From NCBI RefSeq assembly GCF_009914755.1, contig NC_060929.1: a stretch of 64,000 nucleotides of DNA, one strand, 5' to 3'. Origin of the DNA: the human T2T-CHM13v2.0 reference genome, Homo sapiens. This document shows, piece by piece, positions 1 through 16,155 of this stretch. The position numbers and the translations under genes are program-made. Numbering within the stretch: the first letter of the stretch is position 1; each line of letters opens with the position of its first letter. A model generated the notes under the pieces. The model made no database searches, had not been told where the DNA came from, and saw only the letters and a program-made list of their open reading frames with translations.

Positions 1-109
1 TGGTAGGAAATGTTAGTTATTTATAAAAAGGAAAAATTCCTCTGTTACCATTCTGGTTTTCACAAAAACCGTAATTTTATCATCACGGCTTGTAGCAGGA
101 AGCCAACAA

Positions 110-960
110 GGGGTGCCGATGACGGCCACGACCCCGTATCTCTGGGCTGTCTCTCTCACCTCCATCGGCCACTGCCTGCTTGCTCTTTAGGAGCAAAGGA
201 CATGATTTAGAAGTAATTCAAAACCCCGTCGCGGGACCCAGAACAGCCCAGATGGTCTGGCCCTGGCCTGGGGTCTGCGGGGGTGGGGGTGCCAGCCCCG
301 GGGGTGGAGTCGAGGTCGGCTCCCGGCCAGGTCCCGCGACGGGTCTGCACGCAGCCAGGGAGGCCTGAGGGGGCAGCTGCGGGGCTGGCGGCCAGGAGCT
401 GCTTCGCGGCTTGCGGCGCAAAGTAGAGGCCCCGCTAGCTCGCTCCCGCACGCCGTTCTGCGCCTTCTCTTCCTAGCCCCGGCAGGCTCTGTCTTCCCCC
501 GTGGGTCGCAGCGAGAGGGAGACCTCGGCCTCTGCCGCTGCAGCCTGAGACCCAGCCGCGGGCCTCAGGTGCGCGCTCCCCGAAGCTCTCCTGCCACCTG
601 TTGGCCGCCGGTGGTGCTGACGCTACGGGGAGAAGCCACGCTTCAGTGGCTTGCCTGGAATTCATGACTTGTGCGCTCCACGTCCTGGGCTGGCCGACCT
701 GCTGAGGGTATCTCTGAGAGCAGGAGCCAGGCCGTCCCGGGCTCTCCTGCGACAGTGCGGTGGGAGAGCCTTAGCGGGAGCCAGGCTGCGCCATGGCTTC
801 CTCTGGACAGTTCTGCTGGCGTGCCCTGCTTGGCGGGGTACAGTGGGGCAAGCGGGGTATAAACCCGCTTGTTCAGCTTGGGAGCAGGCTCTACTTCCCA
901 AGAGCAGCACAGGGGCTTCCGCCGGAAGTCAGGAAGAAGGTTTGAGGAGCTTCAGATCCA
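110..960. promoter_or_regulatory. CpG island / probable promoter region (gene and direction not identified)
   Basis: High GC and dense CpG, strongest at 225-630, against a CpG-depleted background. Inverted ETS pair GCTTCCG-C-CGGAAGT at 915-929, CTCF-like site at 591-604, TATAAA at 858-863. Confidence 0.8.
591..604 (-). promoter_or_regulatory. Candidate CTCF site
   Basis: Minus strand reads CCAACAGGTGGCAG, a 13/14 match to the core CCASYAGRKGGCRS, inside the CpG island. Confidence 0.4.
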
Positions 961-3900
961 AGGACGGTGCCATGCCTTTTCATTGGAAGTCATGGACCAC
1001 CCTCAAATATCATGGATTAGCCATTCTGTTCCCAGGGGCTGGGTTCCTAGGTATCCACCACAAACAGGCTTGAATCTACCCACACAAACAACCCTATCAG
1101 GAAGTCTCCAGCAAAGTGGGGCTCTTGGTGGCTGTTTTGGGTTTTGGGTAGAAGGTAGTATAGCAGCTATATTTCTAAACCATGGGGGCAAAACTAGATA
1201 TCTATGTCCTGAGGGGACTGAGTTTTGTGAATGGATTTGGCCTGTGAGGATGTCACATGGGGCTCAGTAGCACTGAGGGGAGAGGCTGTGTGTGGTGATA
1301 CTCTCATTCCTGTCTTGGGGAAGGGGGCCTGGAGCCATGACTTTCCCCTAGGCCTTTTCAGAAGGGGCTGGGAATCACAGTAGATGTTTGTCAATGGAGG
1401 AGCCTTGGCCCCATTTCAGACGCAATGTTTTCTCGTTCTGTGGTGGTTTTATACACAAAGGCTGTGTCCTGCTTGGCCACGCCTGCCTGCAGCATGTGCA
1501 AGCATGATACTTGGCGTCTGGGTGCAGCAGGGCATCCGTGCTCCATGCTGCGCGTCCAGCATGGCTGGACTGCCCTTGCACCCTCATTTTACCAGCACAG
1601 GTCAAGCAGTTCCCATGGGGCCTTCAGCTGGTAGCAGCAGGACCCATGGGTATCTAACCCAGACACCTTCTCTCTCCCCTATAGAGGGAGTTGGCTGTCA
1701 AAGCCCAAGGATGTCTGTTTTTAGGTGATTGTCTCCTGGCTTATCTGAGGCCAAAATGTTCTTACCTCCTGGTCTCTGAGATCATAGAAAGAGACTCTGG
1801 TATTTGGCCAAATGGCTGCTCAGAACCTAGTCCTGAAAAGTTATTTTCTTAGTCAAGGGGCTCATGCAAGCCCTGGACTAGGGGTGATTTAGTTGTGTTT
1901 TTTCAGCTCACCTCATAATTTAATGTAGAAAAAATTATTTGGCATGTTTTCTCCTGGGTGCCGACTGCCTTTAGAGCCAGCCGTTCTGTACGGAGAAATG
2001 CCCCGTAGTCAGAAATCTTCTTGTTATGCCAGGTCTGCGCATTCAGGGACTGCGAGTGGCTCACTGAAATCTCTGAGGCTGGCCAGCCAAGGAGGGAGAG
2101 GAATCCTACCTACCCTGGACTTACATTTTTATGGAGAAGAAGGAATGTTAGGAAAGTCAGTAAACTTTTAGTCCCTCCTGGCCCCATGAACATGAATAGA
2201 AGAAGAAGAAAAACCCTAGCCGACTGGTTATTTACCCCGAGCACAAAAGCAGCCCCCCTCCCATCATCTCCCTTTTATTTCCAGCCACTCTGACAGAAGT
2301 GCATTACTGGCTGAATACACCTTCCCACAATGCCATCCATCACACAGGTATTGGGGGACCAAAGGTAAGATGAACTTTAAACACACCTGGCACAGCTGGC
2401 TCCCACCTTTGTGCTTGGAGTGGCTGCCAGCCAGCTGGCTGCCCTGTCCCCCTTCTCAGGCTCTCCAGAGGAATCCCAGCAGACTGACTTCTTTTTGTGG
2501 CCACATATTATTCTAAAATCAGGCTATGCAACTGCCTTGGGAGAGTCTGGGCAACCTCTCTTGTAAGTAGCCCTCTCAGCCCCGTAGGGCTCCAAAGAGC
2601 TTAAAGCTGCTCAGTCATGAGAATTTTCCATGGGAGGAAAGACTCTCTGGGGTCCTCCACTCTCTCACCTTCAGAAGCAAATAGAACAGGTCTTCCAAGG
2701 CCCCCGAGTGATTCCGCCCGGCGTGTTGCTGATGCTGTCCCTCTAGTACCTGTGGATTCTTTGGAAGAGAAGGTGGGTGATTGAGCCGTGGACCGCTTCT
2801 CCAGTTTTATGCATCTGGAACTGAGAGACTTTCACAGAATTGTAGCAAATAAAGAGAGAAAGTACTTTATTAGCAGTTATTCTTTACATCACTAAACTCC
2901 TGTCTCTCACCCCAGGCAGCTTTAAGATGCAGCTCAGCTCTCAACCTTGCCTATGACTGGGTAGGAAATTACCCTGTCTGGAGGGAGAATGACTCCTGAG
3001 TCATTCTCAGTCTTCCTCCCCAGCTGCTGCGAGTTCATTTGTTTTAACTTTCCCTCTCCCAAGATAACATATTCCAGGGGCCAGTGAAAAGAAAATGTGG
3101 TGTTGGAAGGTCTTTTAAGTGGGAACATTCTTGGTTGTGAGGCTGAGCTGTTCAGGAAGACCTTGATGCTTTCCTGGTTCACAAAGCCGAGAGGTGATGA
3201 GGCTATAGTGGCACTTTGGATTTGGGGGTGATAAGACTGTTTTTTGTAAAACACTGGAATTCTCTGTGATTATCAGTTGGGGAATTCATCATGGTATTTA
3301 TCTGGAGAGGAAAGAAGGCAAAATGGACTTCACAACAGTCAACTGGGTCACTCGTTGTCAAGCAATCACTTAGCATGTGCTCTGACCATTGAGTGTCATT
3401 GCTATTAGCCACTTAATCCCCACAAGAGGCCATGCTCTAGGTCACCCTCATTTTAGAGATAAAGTTCAGCCCTGCTTTTCTTCTCTGCCTGATCTCAGCA
3501 TAGACAGCTGAGCATTGCTTTGACTCCAGCAAGCAGAACACCACTCTCAGAGCCCTTGTTATTAGCTTGAATTGAAATTGCATCTTGACCTCAAATGAGA
3601 TTCAAGAGCATAGGAACAAATACTTTTAGAAGAACTAAAGGAGATGATAAAACTGTCATCGCATATGTCAGGCCTTTCTCCCTGGATTTCCATGTCCCTG
3701 TTTCTCTCTCCCTCTCCTCTGGATGTCCTACTGGAATCTTGTAGTATTCACCTGGCTATGAGGGAGAACATTGTGAAATTCCAGAATTGCCACAGCAACT
3801 TTGGTAATGTGGACTCCTTACTTGGTCTGTCCTGTCTTCTGCCATTGCAATCTGATGGAGCTGTGGGCGTCCTGATGCCAGATATAATCCAACCAAATAA

Positions 3901-4674
3901 ATCTCTAAGAACATAAAATAAAAGCTATCTCACAGTTTCCTTTTGTTTCCTGCACAAAAGCTATTCTCAGTATATGAATGGTGTCAGATGCAATAATCCA
4001 GAATAAATCTCCAAGAAGAAAAAAATGCATTTCAAAGTGAATGATCACTCATTTCCCATCCTCCCCACCATTTTTATATTGGGTGAGTCACTGGGGTGGC
4101 TGCCGACAGCTCCTGTGGGCCGGCCAGAATTGGGAGGAAGATTACAGGGGCTTGCTAAGGCCTGGGGTTGCTGCCAGATCTACACAGGTCATTGAGCTCC
4201 AGCTGGGGAGAGTTTTGGGTTTTGGCCCTCTGGGCCATGTCCATCCTGGCAGAGGGTCAGAGGAAGACCACACCCCTGGATTCTAGGCTTCCATAATGGC
4301 CTTGTCTTCTCCAGGGGATCCTACAGGTATGTTCTTGCCAAGTATATCCACTGTAGAAGGCTGGAAACACTTAAGTCATATATGCTCTTTGGGCAGATTA
4401 AACTTGATGATTCTGGGGCTGCCCTCTTCAGGGCCCGGCTGGTTGCCCTTCTTGGAACGCCTGCATATTCACTGGGGAAGGGCAGTGTGACATAGCTGTG
4501 GGGGAAGAATATGCTGGGGCATTTGCCAAGTCTAGATTTCAAAAGGCCCTTTCAGAATTGGAAGACTTTTGCCTTGAATGGTTAGTCTTAACTCTATTAT
4601 TTACCCTAGTCTACTGTCTACATTCCAAATTTTTCCTTTCAGCATAAGATCCGGGCAATGATCACATATTGTTT

Positions 4675-7370
<2,696 letters not shown>

Positions 7371-8700
7371 CATATTGCGTTTATGGTCACACATTGTCAG
7401 GTCTCTTTAACCTTTCATCTGGAGTGGTTATTCAGCCTATGTCTTTTATGACATTGATGTTTTCTTGAAGACCAGGTCAGGATGTAGAATATTCCAATTC
7501 AGTTTAGGTTTGTCAGATGACTGTCTGCTTCTCATTGGTGATGTTAACTTTGATTTCCTGGCCAAAATCTTGTCTGGTTACTGCACTGTATAGTTACCAT
7601 TTTCCCTTATAACTAATAATCGATCTGTGGGAAGACACTTTGAAGTGCAAATATTCTGCTCCTCCTCAAAATCTACACCCCACCCCTCCTGCTGAATTTA
7701 GTGTCTGTTGATGAGTCCTGCCTCAGCCAGTCTTTACTGCATGGTCAGAACATGGTGATTTTCCAGTGCTGCTACTTTCTGCATATTTCCCGCTTAGCGT
7801 TCTTCTCTGATTTTGAGCTTTCCCGCTTTCCCTCTCTCCTTTCTTCTTTTCTCCTCCTCTTCTGCTGCTGCTGCTGCTTTATCACTATAGCCTCATTGAT
7901 TCCTGTTTTATTTAATGGGCTCAAATATATTATTGTCATTATTTGTTTTGTGCTCAAATTGTCCTAGGTTTAGCCAGTGAGATCTCCTTCAGGCTTGTCT
8001 CCTGTCTGCTTTTCATGTGCCACCATCATTACTTTCAATACTTCTTTATTTTCTGGCATAAACAAGATGTTCCAGGCTTACCTTTTACCTTCCCTGACCT
8101 AGTCCTGGCATCAGCTGTTTTGCTAAGGAACTCTGGTTCCTTTAAGTGGGGAATGGTATTTAAAAACCAAGATCTAGGCACTGACTATGCCTAACACTAC
8201 TGGAGTGTCATTGTCTCCAGGCTCCTTCAAATCTAGGATAGATATGTACACACATACACATATATCCCCTATCCATCCCAGCTGTGAAATATACAAGTAT
8301 GTATGCATACACATACACATTCAGAGTTACACATACATATTTGAAAATGTATGTGTGTCTGTGTCTCTTTGTGTATGTATATATGTGTCATGAGTGTCCC
8401 TACTCCCATATTTGGATCTCCCCTATGTTTAGAACTCTGACTTCCAGCATTATTTCACATTTACTCAGTCTCAATCCTATACTGTATATAGAAGATTGTT
8501 TCAAAATTGGTACACCCATACTGCTGTGAGAAACAAGTCTAAGTGAAAGAGTTCACAATTAGTTTGCAGTTCTTTTTCTTCTATGCTGAGGACATATAGT
8601 CAATATACTTTGTTCAACAATTACTAGGATTAGTGCTTTCCCACATCAGTGTGGTTCTGAATTTGGGTTCATCAGCAGTTTTCTTAGGATTTATTTGCAA
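7371..8700 (-). mobile_element. Ancient L1M (L1MC/ME-like) 3' region, continuing the fragment at ~4590-4670
   Basis: Degenerate L1M 3'-UTR-like sequence, T-rich, with a CA/TA/TG low-complexity tract at ~8240-8390. Confidence 0.55.
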
Positions 8701-8899
8701 TACAGTTTGGCTCGTTTGCTTTCAATTTGGTTTTTGTTCCCCTCATCCTTGTTTTTTGATTCTGTAGTTTATGAATATGCTTCCAAAATTAAATGTTATA
8801 CAAAAAAAATACCGAGAAAAGTGTCACTTCTGTATCCCTTTCACTCTGTCTCCTCCGCCATTCCCCAGAAGGTAAACAATTTTATATTTTTCTGATTTT

Positions 8900-11800
8900 T
8901 CCTTCCTATGTTTTTTTTTGGCAAAAATAAACAAATGCATGTATGTTTCCTAGTTTCCTCTTCTTTCTTACATAGTGCTAGTATATATTATGTATTCTTT
9001 TGAGCCTTGCTTTTTCCACCTGACGATATATTCTAGAAATCACTCCATATCAGTTCATAGAGATTGTTCGATTGTTCCATCCTTCTTTACAGCAGGAAAT
9101 TACTCCATTGTATATATGTAACATAGTTTTTTTTTCAACCAATTTCCTGTGTTTGAGAATTTAGGTAGTTTTCAATATTATGATGTAATGAATAAACTTG
9201 TATGTATGTATATTCTTGTGGGAGGTGTATCTTTAGGGTAATTTTTTTAGAAAAGTAAGATTGCTGGATCAACTAAGTGAATATGTAGTGTTGTTAGTAT
9301 TGCTGAATTCCTCTTCCTAGGGGTTATATAATATGCATTCCCACTCATGATGTATGAGCATACCTATTTCCTTCCTGCTTTGCCAACAGAATGTATTGTT
9401 GGGATTTTGAATTTTTGCCAATCTGATGGATGGGACATAGTATCGTAGGGAAGTCTTAATTTACACTTCTCTGTGTGTAAAGTTGAACATTTTTTTTCAT
9501 AGGTTTCAGAGGCATTTTAATGTCTTCTTGGTGAATTGTCTATTTATATCGTTGATTGTCTTTCTATAGGATTTTTTGAGGTCTTTTTTTTTTTTAAAGG
9601 TGTATTGGCTCCTTACCAGTGATACATGTAATATTCTTCAAGTTGCAAATATTTTCTCCAAGTTTGATGTTTGTCTTTTGATTTTGCTTGTGGTGGTTTT
9701 TTTTGGCTCTGAAAATTTTTAAAATTATAGTTATCAGTTTTAAAATTTGATTTCATTTGGAATTTGATTCATAATTAGAAAGCTTTTCTATACCAAGGTT
9801 ATAGAAGAATTCACTCATGTTTTTCTCTTAGTACTACTGTAGTTTAATTTTCTACGCTTAGATCTCTAGTCTATTTGGAATTTATTTTTGCATAGATGTG
9901 AGGAATGGATCTAGTTGTATTTTCTCAAATGTCTATCCATACCAACACCACTTATTATAAGATCATCTTTGCTTGAGTGATTTGAGATATCATTGTTATC
10001 ATATGCTAGATTTCCACATGTAGTTGGGCTTATTTCTGGTCTTTGGATTCGATTCCACTGGTCTGTCTCTTTGTGTGCTATTACCATACCTTTAATTATA
10101 GAGGCTTTGTAATATTTAAAAATACCTGGTAGGGCTGGTTCCTTCCTTAGAGCTTTGCATTTTCAGTGTTTTCCCGCCTACCAATTCTTGCAAATTAATT
10201 TTTCCATATGAACCTTACTATCAACTTGTCTGGCTACAGAAAAAAGCCATTTAGAATTTTTAAGGCATCATATTAAGTTTATAAATTAACTGAGTAATTT
10301 TTTAACTGTTTATAAATTAAATTTATATCATTAATTTAATGATGAGACATCCTGACTATGAACAAGGGGTATCTTTTGCATTTATTCAAGTCAACTTTTA
10401 TGGTTTTTAGGAGGGTGTTATGGTTTTCTTTGTATAGGTTTTCAACATTTCTTGTTAGATTTATTTCTGAGTATTTTATTATTTTCATTGCTATTATAAA
10501 TGGAAGTTTCTTTTCTGTTTACATCTTATAATTAGTTATTATTTGTGCCTATAAAGGCCACTGACTTTTAGTGTTTATTTTATGTCCTACTGACTTGCTG
10601 AATATTTTACTGTTTGAGTTAGTTCAGTGGCTCTCAGTATATGGTTTGGGTACCCTTGGGGGTTCCTGAGATTTTACTAGTGAATTCACAAGGTCAAAAC
10701 CATTTTCATGTTACTAAGACTCTCATATTTATGATACTAAGACATAATTTTCCCTTTTAACTTTCATTCTCAAGTGTACAGTGGAGTTTTCTGGAGGCTA
10801 TGTAATGTGTGCTATCATAATAGATTGACTACAGAAACATGAAAATCCAGCCGTTTTCTATTAAGCTCAACAATAAAGAAATATTTAAAAATGTAAAATG
10901 TTGTCATTCTTCTCACTGAAAGTTTTTGTTTATGGTTATTTTTCAAAAATATGCATTTATATTGTTACTTTAAAATTAATATTTAACATTTTCTCAGCTT
11001 TAGTTTCTAATCTGTAAATATCAATAGATATAACCCACATAAACAAAAGCTCTTTGAGGTCCTTGATTTTTAAGAGTGTAAAGGAATTTTGAGAATAAAT
11101 GTTTTGAGAACTTGTGAGTTTTATCATTTATTCTTTAGGATTTCTTGATAAATTACTGTGTCCTCTGCAATAGAGTTAGTTTTTTGTCTTCTTTTCTAAT
11201 CCTCAAGCCTCCTTTTGTTTTCTCTTGTCTATGTTAGCTAATACTTCCAGCACAATGTTAATAGCGGAAAAGTGCCTTGTTCTTTCCTTTTGTGGGAATA
11301 CCTCTAGTGTTTCCATATTAAGTAGGATGCTGAGGTGCTGATTGTATTGTTTTATTTACTGAGTTTCTTTCTCTATTTGATGTATTTTCATTGTTGTCTA
11401 AAAATTCTTTTGGCATTTAGAAAGGCTTATGTTTTTGATCTAGTGGTTGCCATCATATTTATACCTTTTATAGTGCCCTTAATTCTCCCCTTTCTTAAAC
11501 TTTTACTATCTAGTCTGTCAGTTTTACATGATATCCTTTGACTCTCACCTGTTACCTAAACGACAATCAATGGTCATATTTTGCTTTCTCCTTTGGTACT
11601 GTTTTAAGATTACATTCTTTCTACTTTGTCAGAACATGTCATATTTACAGAATCTTCTGATACCATGACCCCACCCTAGTTTTAATCTTAGCTCTGTAAT
11701 TAAATGTATTAAATGATTATCGGTTCTTTTGCAGAAGCTCCCCCAGTTATCACTTGGTTGGATGAAGGATGGATATAAAATCCCTACTCACTATAAAATC

Positions 11801-13350
11801 CCTACTCACTGCCAGGAACTACCTTCCTGGCAGCCAGTACTGTGAACTAAGTTTCAGACTCATGTTCATTATTTTGCATTTAGTGCTATACTTCTTACCT
11901 CTCTGGGGTGATTCAGAGTTTCTTGAAAATGCTGTTCCACTCTTACCCAATTCCGTGTGTTGTTCTTAGAAAGCCTGAGGTCAGCCTACATTTTTTATCA
12001 GAATAAAATTTGACCTTTTTGCCTGAAAGTCATGAAGATTTTTTATTTGTCATAAAAATCTAGTAGTTTTACTAGGATATGTTTCAGAGTTGTTCATTCT
12101 AGATCATTTCTCCAAGCCACACAGTGGACCTTTTCATTATGTTGATTTAGGATTTATCTTATTTCTGGAAACTTTTCTTGGGTTATATTTCAAAATATTT
12201 CTATTTTATTGTTTTATTTTTCTTCTTCATGGACTCCAATTATACATAGGTTAGCTCATCTTTGCCTGCCTTCCATTTCAACCACTTTCGCTGATTTTTT
12301 TTAACCTCGTTCTCAATTCATTTTCATTTGGTTTTTGTTTTACTACCTTTGTAAATGCTCCCTATTAAATTTTCATTTGAACTTATTCTCTCTTGGGCAC
12401 ATTGTAATTTGTTCTTCATTTCTGAAATAGTTTTGGTCTTTTTCTTAAATTTATTTCCTGAAATTGATCAACTCCCATTGCATTTCTTCCTGATTTTAAA
12501 AGGTTCTCTTCTAAGTTTTAAATCTCTGATTCTAGTTTTTTTAAACAATATTCAAATACTTATTTTATAATATTTAACTCAGTTTGGAATGTTACATGAC
12601 AGTTTACTTCTGCTTCATGGTTGATTTTCTTTGTGGGGGAGAATTTTAATTAGCTGAAATGTTTTGGTGCATATTTTATCTTTAAAAAAAAAAATCAGCT
12701 CCACTGATTAGCCGAGGAATACTAATAACAATGTGGAGTTAGTACGAGTTTTCCCTTTATTCCTAGGCATTTTGTGGTGAGTGCCTATTTCAAGAGTGCC
12801 CTCTTCTGTCAATATGATGAAGTGCAGTTTATTGAATGAATAGAGGGAGTAGGAGGGCTTGTCTTGTTTTCTGTCTTTTTTTTCCCCTGCAGTATGCTTA
12901 ATTTCTTCTTTTTCTTTACTGCCATATCTCTAAGAGACACCTATTTTCTATTTATTTTCTTCTCTTCCCAAAAGCAGTGCTTCTCTGACATTGTCACTTC
13001 TGACCCTACTCACTTTCAAGTACCTTCCTGACGGCCATTACTGTAAACTACGAAGTTCCAGACTTATGTTCATTATTTTGCATTTAGTGCTGTACTGTAC
13101 CTCTCTGGGGTGATTCTGTTTGTCTTGTTTGTTCTCTCTCCTCCTTTTGTTTCCATGGAATTTCTTAAGACTCCCGTTTCCTGCCTTCTACACCTACAGA
13201 TTTCCAGTAATGGTAGGTGCTTTGTTAGAATTTGGTACTTCTCTACTGAAATGTAATTTGGAATTCATAGTATTATGTGACTCCTAGTAATGACAAAGAC
13301 ATGAGTCATACATAGATTTTATTTTTGCTTGTTGTTTTTTCCCCTTTGTT
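8900..13350 (-). mobile_element. Ancient L1M remnants, split by a Charlie element
   Basis: Very T-rich, with L1 antisense phrases such as gattgctggatc, ttgcaaatattttctcc, tttgccaatctgatgg and ttccagcacaatgtt. Confidence 0.7.
10625..11116. mobile_element. hAT-Charlie DNA transposon fossil (Charlie1-like deletion derivative)
   Basis: Degenerate TIRs CAGTGGCTCTCA ... TGAGAACTTGTG. Subterminal GATATAACCCACATAAACAAAAGCTCTTTG...TTTTTAAGAGTGTAAAGG resembles Charlie1. Confidence 0.75.
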
Positions 13351-13679
13351 GATGTTAATTTTTTTTTTTAAGCTGTTTGAAGTGGTTTGGATTTAGGAAG
13401 CCACCATTACCTTTCAGACTTATTGCTCTTTAAACAGTGAAAACATTGGTTTTCAAAGGAATCTTTGTCATTTCAACAAATGCTTTAAAAATTACTTGGA
13501 TTAATATAGTTGGTGTTGGTAAGACCACCGAATGTGTTGATCATGTTTTCACTTATTTTCAGTGGGAGAAATGCCCCCTGGTGGAAGATTTTAGAAATCT
13601 TTTCCTACAGGAGAGGATGCAAACCTCTCTTGGGAGAGAGGAGGCCCTTATGGAAAGAGAATTGTTTCTCTTTTAAAAA

Positions 13680-13918
13680 ATAATTTTAATTTTAATTTTT
13701 AATTTTTATTTTAAAATTTTATTTTTTTAGGTTCGAGTGTACATGTGCAGGTTTGTTACATAGGTAAACTCATGCCGTGGAGGTTTGTTGTACAGATTAT
13801 TTCATCGCCCAGGTACTAAGCCCCAGTAGTACCCAATAGTAATCTTTTCTGCTCCTCTCCCTCCTCCCACCCTCCACCCTCAAGTAGACCCCAGTGTCTG
13901 TCGTTTCCGTCTTTGTGT
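13680..13918 (-). mobile_element. Short L1PA 3'-end fragment with patterned tail
   Basis: (TAATTT)n/T tail followed by GTACATGTGCAGGTTTGTTACATAGGTAAAC...CCCTCCTCCCACCCTCCACCCTCAAGTAG. Confidence 0.9.
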
Positions 13919-14339
13919 AAAAACACTTGTCCTGTGGAAGTCATTTCAATTTTAATGCTAGCATTTTCTACCATTCCTTAGGGTTCAAGAACTCCTGCTC
14001 TCATCTATGAGAAGCTGGTCATTGGCATATTGTTAAGTATTTAGTACTTTTCTTTTAAGCATTAAAAATAGTCAAAGTTTTTACATTTTGTATCTTGGTA
14101 GAGATTACTTGTCCGAGCCGCCTTCTCTTCACCTTTACAGTTAAGAAGAGCTTTGGTGGCTGCTAACTAGGGAATCACAAAATCAGGAGATTGTCTTTCC
14201 AGTGAAGTAACCACATATTGATTCCTTCTTGGAGTGGCTGATTTGGTGTCTCCATCAGGGGTTTCTTAAGGCTTTTATTACTCAATTTCCAATAATTGCC
14301 TTTTTTTTTTCCCTAAAGGAATCTTCAAAACAACTGAAA

Positions 14340-15100
14340 GTAGTATAGGCAAAGATTTCTTGAACAAGTTGCTAAAACTATTAATCGTACAAGAAAATAA
14401 GCTTATACATTAGACAACATTAAACCTACAAACTTTTCCTTATGAAAAGACAGCATTAGGAAAATGAAGAAGCAAGCTACAGCATAGAAGATACTTGCAA
14501 AACCTACAACTGATAAGTGACTTGTGTATGTATATAACAACTTTTACAAACTGATAAGACAAAGAGGACAGCCCACTAGAAATATGTGCAAAAGACTTGA
14601 AAAGGTACTCCATAAAAGGATATGCAGATGGCCAAAAAATAAGAAAAACTGTTTGGCTTAATTAGTCATTGGGGAAATGCGCATTAAAAGCACAATGAGA
14701 GACACAACACATCAACAAGAATGACTAAAGTGAAGCAAAGCAACCCAGAAGATACCCAGGTGTTGGCAAGGATGTTGAACACCAGAAATCTCATACGCTT
14801 TGGATAAGTTAAACATATGTCTTCTTATGACCCAGACATTCCATTCTATGTGTACAACAAACAGAAATGCATACATATGAACCTCAAAAGACATATGGTA
14901 TAATGTCCATAGTAATACCATTTGTAATAGCTCCAAATTGGAAACCACCCAAGTTCCCATCAAGAGTGCATGGGTAAGTGAATTGTGGTTTAAATTCATA
15001 CTATGGAATACTATACCGTAGTGGAACTAAACAGTCCACAATTATATGTAACAATATGGAATGAATCTCACAAGTATAAAGTTGTCCTTCAATAAAAAGT
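14340..15100 (+). mobile_element. Ancient L1ME-like ORF2 3' remnant
   Basis: A-rich, with ggcaaagatttctt, gcaaaagacttgaa, cagatggcca, aatgc..attaaaa.cacaatgaga and tgttggcaaggatg. Confidence 0.7.
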
Positions 15101-15469
15101 AGAAACAAAACAAGGAAACCAAGGGACAAAAGTAGCTGGGTGAAAACTAGAAGCTGATGCTCAGATGGGAGGTATTCCTGTGGCTTTGTGTTTGTAACAA
15201 GATCCTCCACATTCAAAACAGGTTGGCAAGGACTTCCAGTCTTAGTTGGGCCCCCAGCCCACTGAAGGGGCCAACAGGGCCACCTGGCCAGCCTCTGAGC
15301 CGTGGTTCTGGGGCAAACAGGAGGGGGAAAGCCTTGGCCTGGATAAAATCTAAAAACAAAGACAGGGTCTCTTCACCATCAGAAGTTCTAGTTTTGAGAA
15401 TTTCTTTTTGTTTTTAATTAAATTTTAATTACCCAGGCCATATAGAAATATAGTTTCTTGTAAATTTAA

Positions 15470-15650
15470 AACATACGATGTCTTGGGTTTGCCTTAAAAT
15501 AATATAGGGCTGGGAAGTGGGTAGGCCCATGGTTGAAACAAGATTGACCATGAATTGATGATTGTTGAAGCTGGGAAATGGATACCTGGGACCTTGTTAC
15601 GCTATTCTGTTTTTGCCTGTGCTTGAAATTTTCCATGATACAAAGTAAAC
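15470..15650 (+). mobile_element. L1M 3'-UTR end fragment
   Basis: GAAACAAGATTGACCATGAATTGATGATTGTTGAAGCTGGG...TTGAAATTTTCCATGATA. Confidence 0.65.
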
Positions 15651-15759
15651 ACACGAGCATATAATTACTGCAAAGGCTAATGCCACTATAGATCGCCAAG
15701 CCTCAGCTACCAGTGCCTGCTGCTCTCTTCCTCCACTGCCCCCTCAGTGGATAACTTGA

Positions 15760-16155
15760 GTGTTGTCTTGGGAGGAAACAGATGGCACATTCTAACTAGG
15801 ATAATTTTACTATAAGGACAAGATTGTAAAGTTGTGGGCAGGGGAATCCACAAAGCATAGTGCGGCACTCCAGGGCTTGCTACAGCAGAAAGCCTTTCTC
15901 ACCTTAGGCCCAAAGAACAAGAACCTGGAAGAGGAGAGTGTGGGCACCTTGAAAGGAGCCATAATCTTTGGCTGAGGGAAGTGGCCAGTTTTTGGAGACC
16001 TCCTGGTGGGAGGACTGGGAAAATAACTACTTTTGCACCAACCTAGTAAGTATTCCAACCTCATTCTCTCCCCTTCCTTTGGTCTCCTGCTGGTGCTGCA
16101 AGGCAGCCCACTGATGCAGTTCATATAGAGCCACCTCCTGGGGCCCAGAGGGTGG
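15760..16155. mobile_element. ERVL-type LTR remnant (LTR33/LTR16-like)
   Basis: Resembles the 38455-38900 element in the opposite orientation; family recalled from consensus. Confidence 0.45.

Noticed and set aside
180-1270. ORFs across the CpG island
   Set aside because: Pro/Ala/Gly/Arg-rich frames are expected from GC content; most start at non-ATG codons and none resembles a protein I know.
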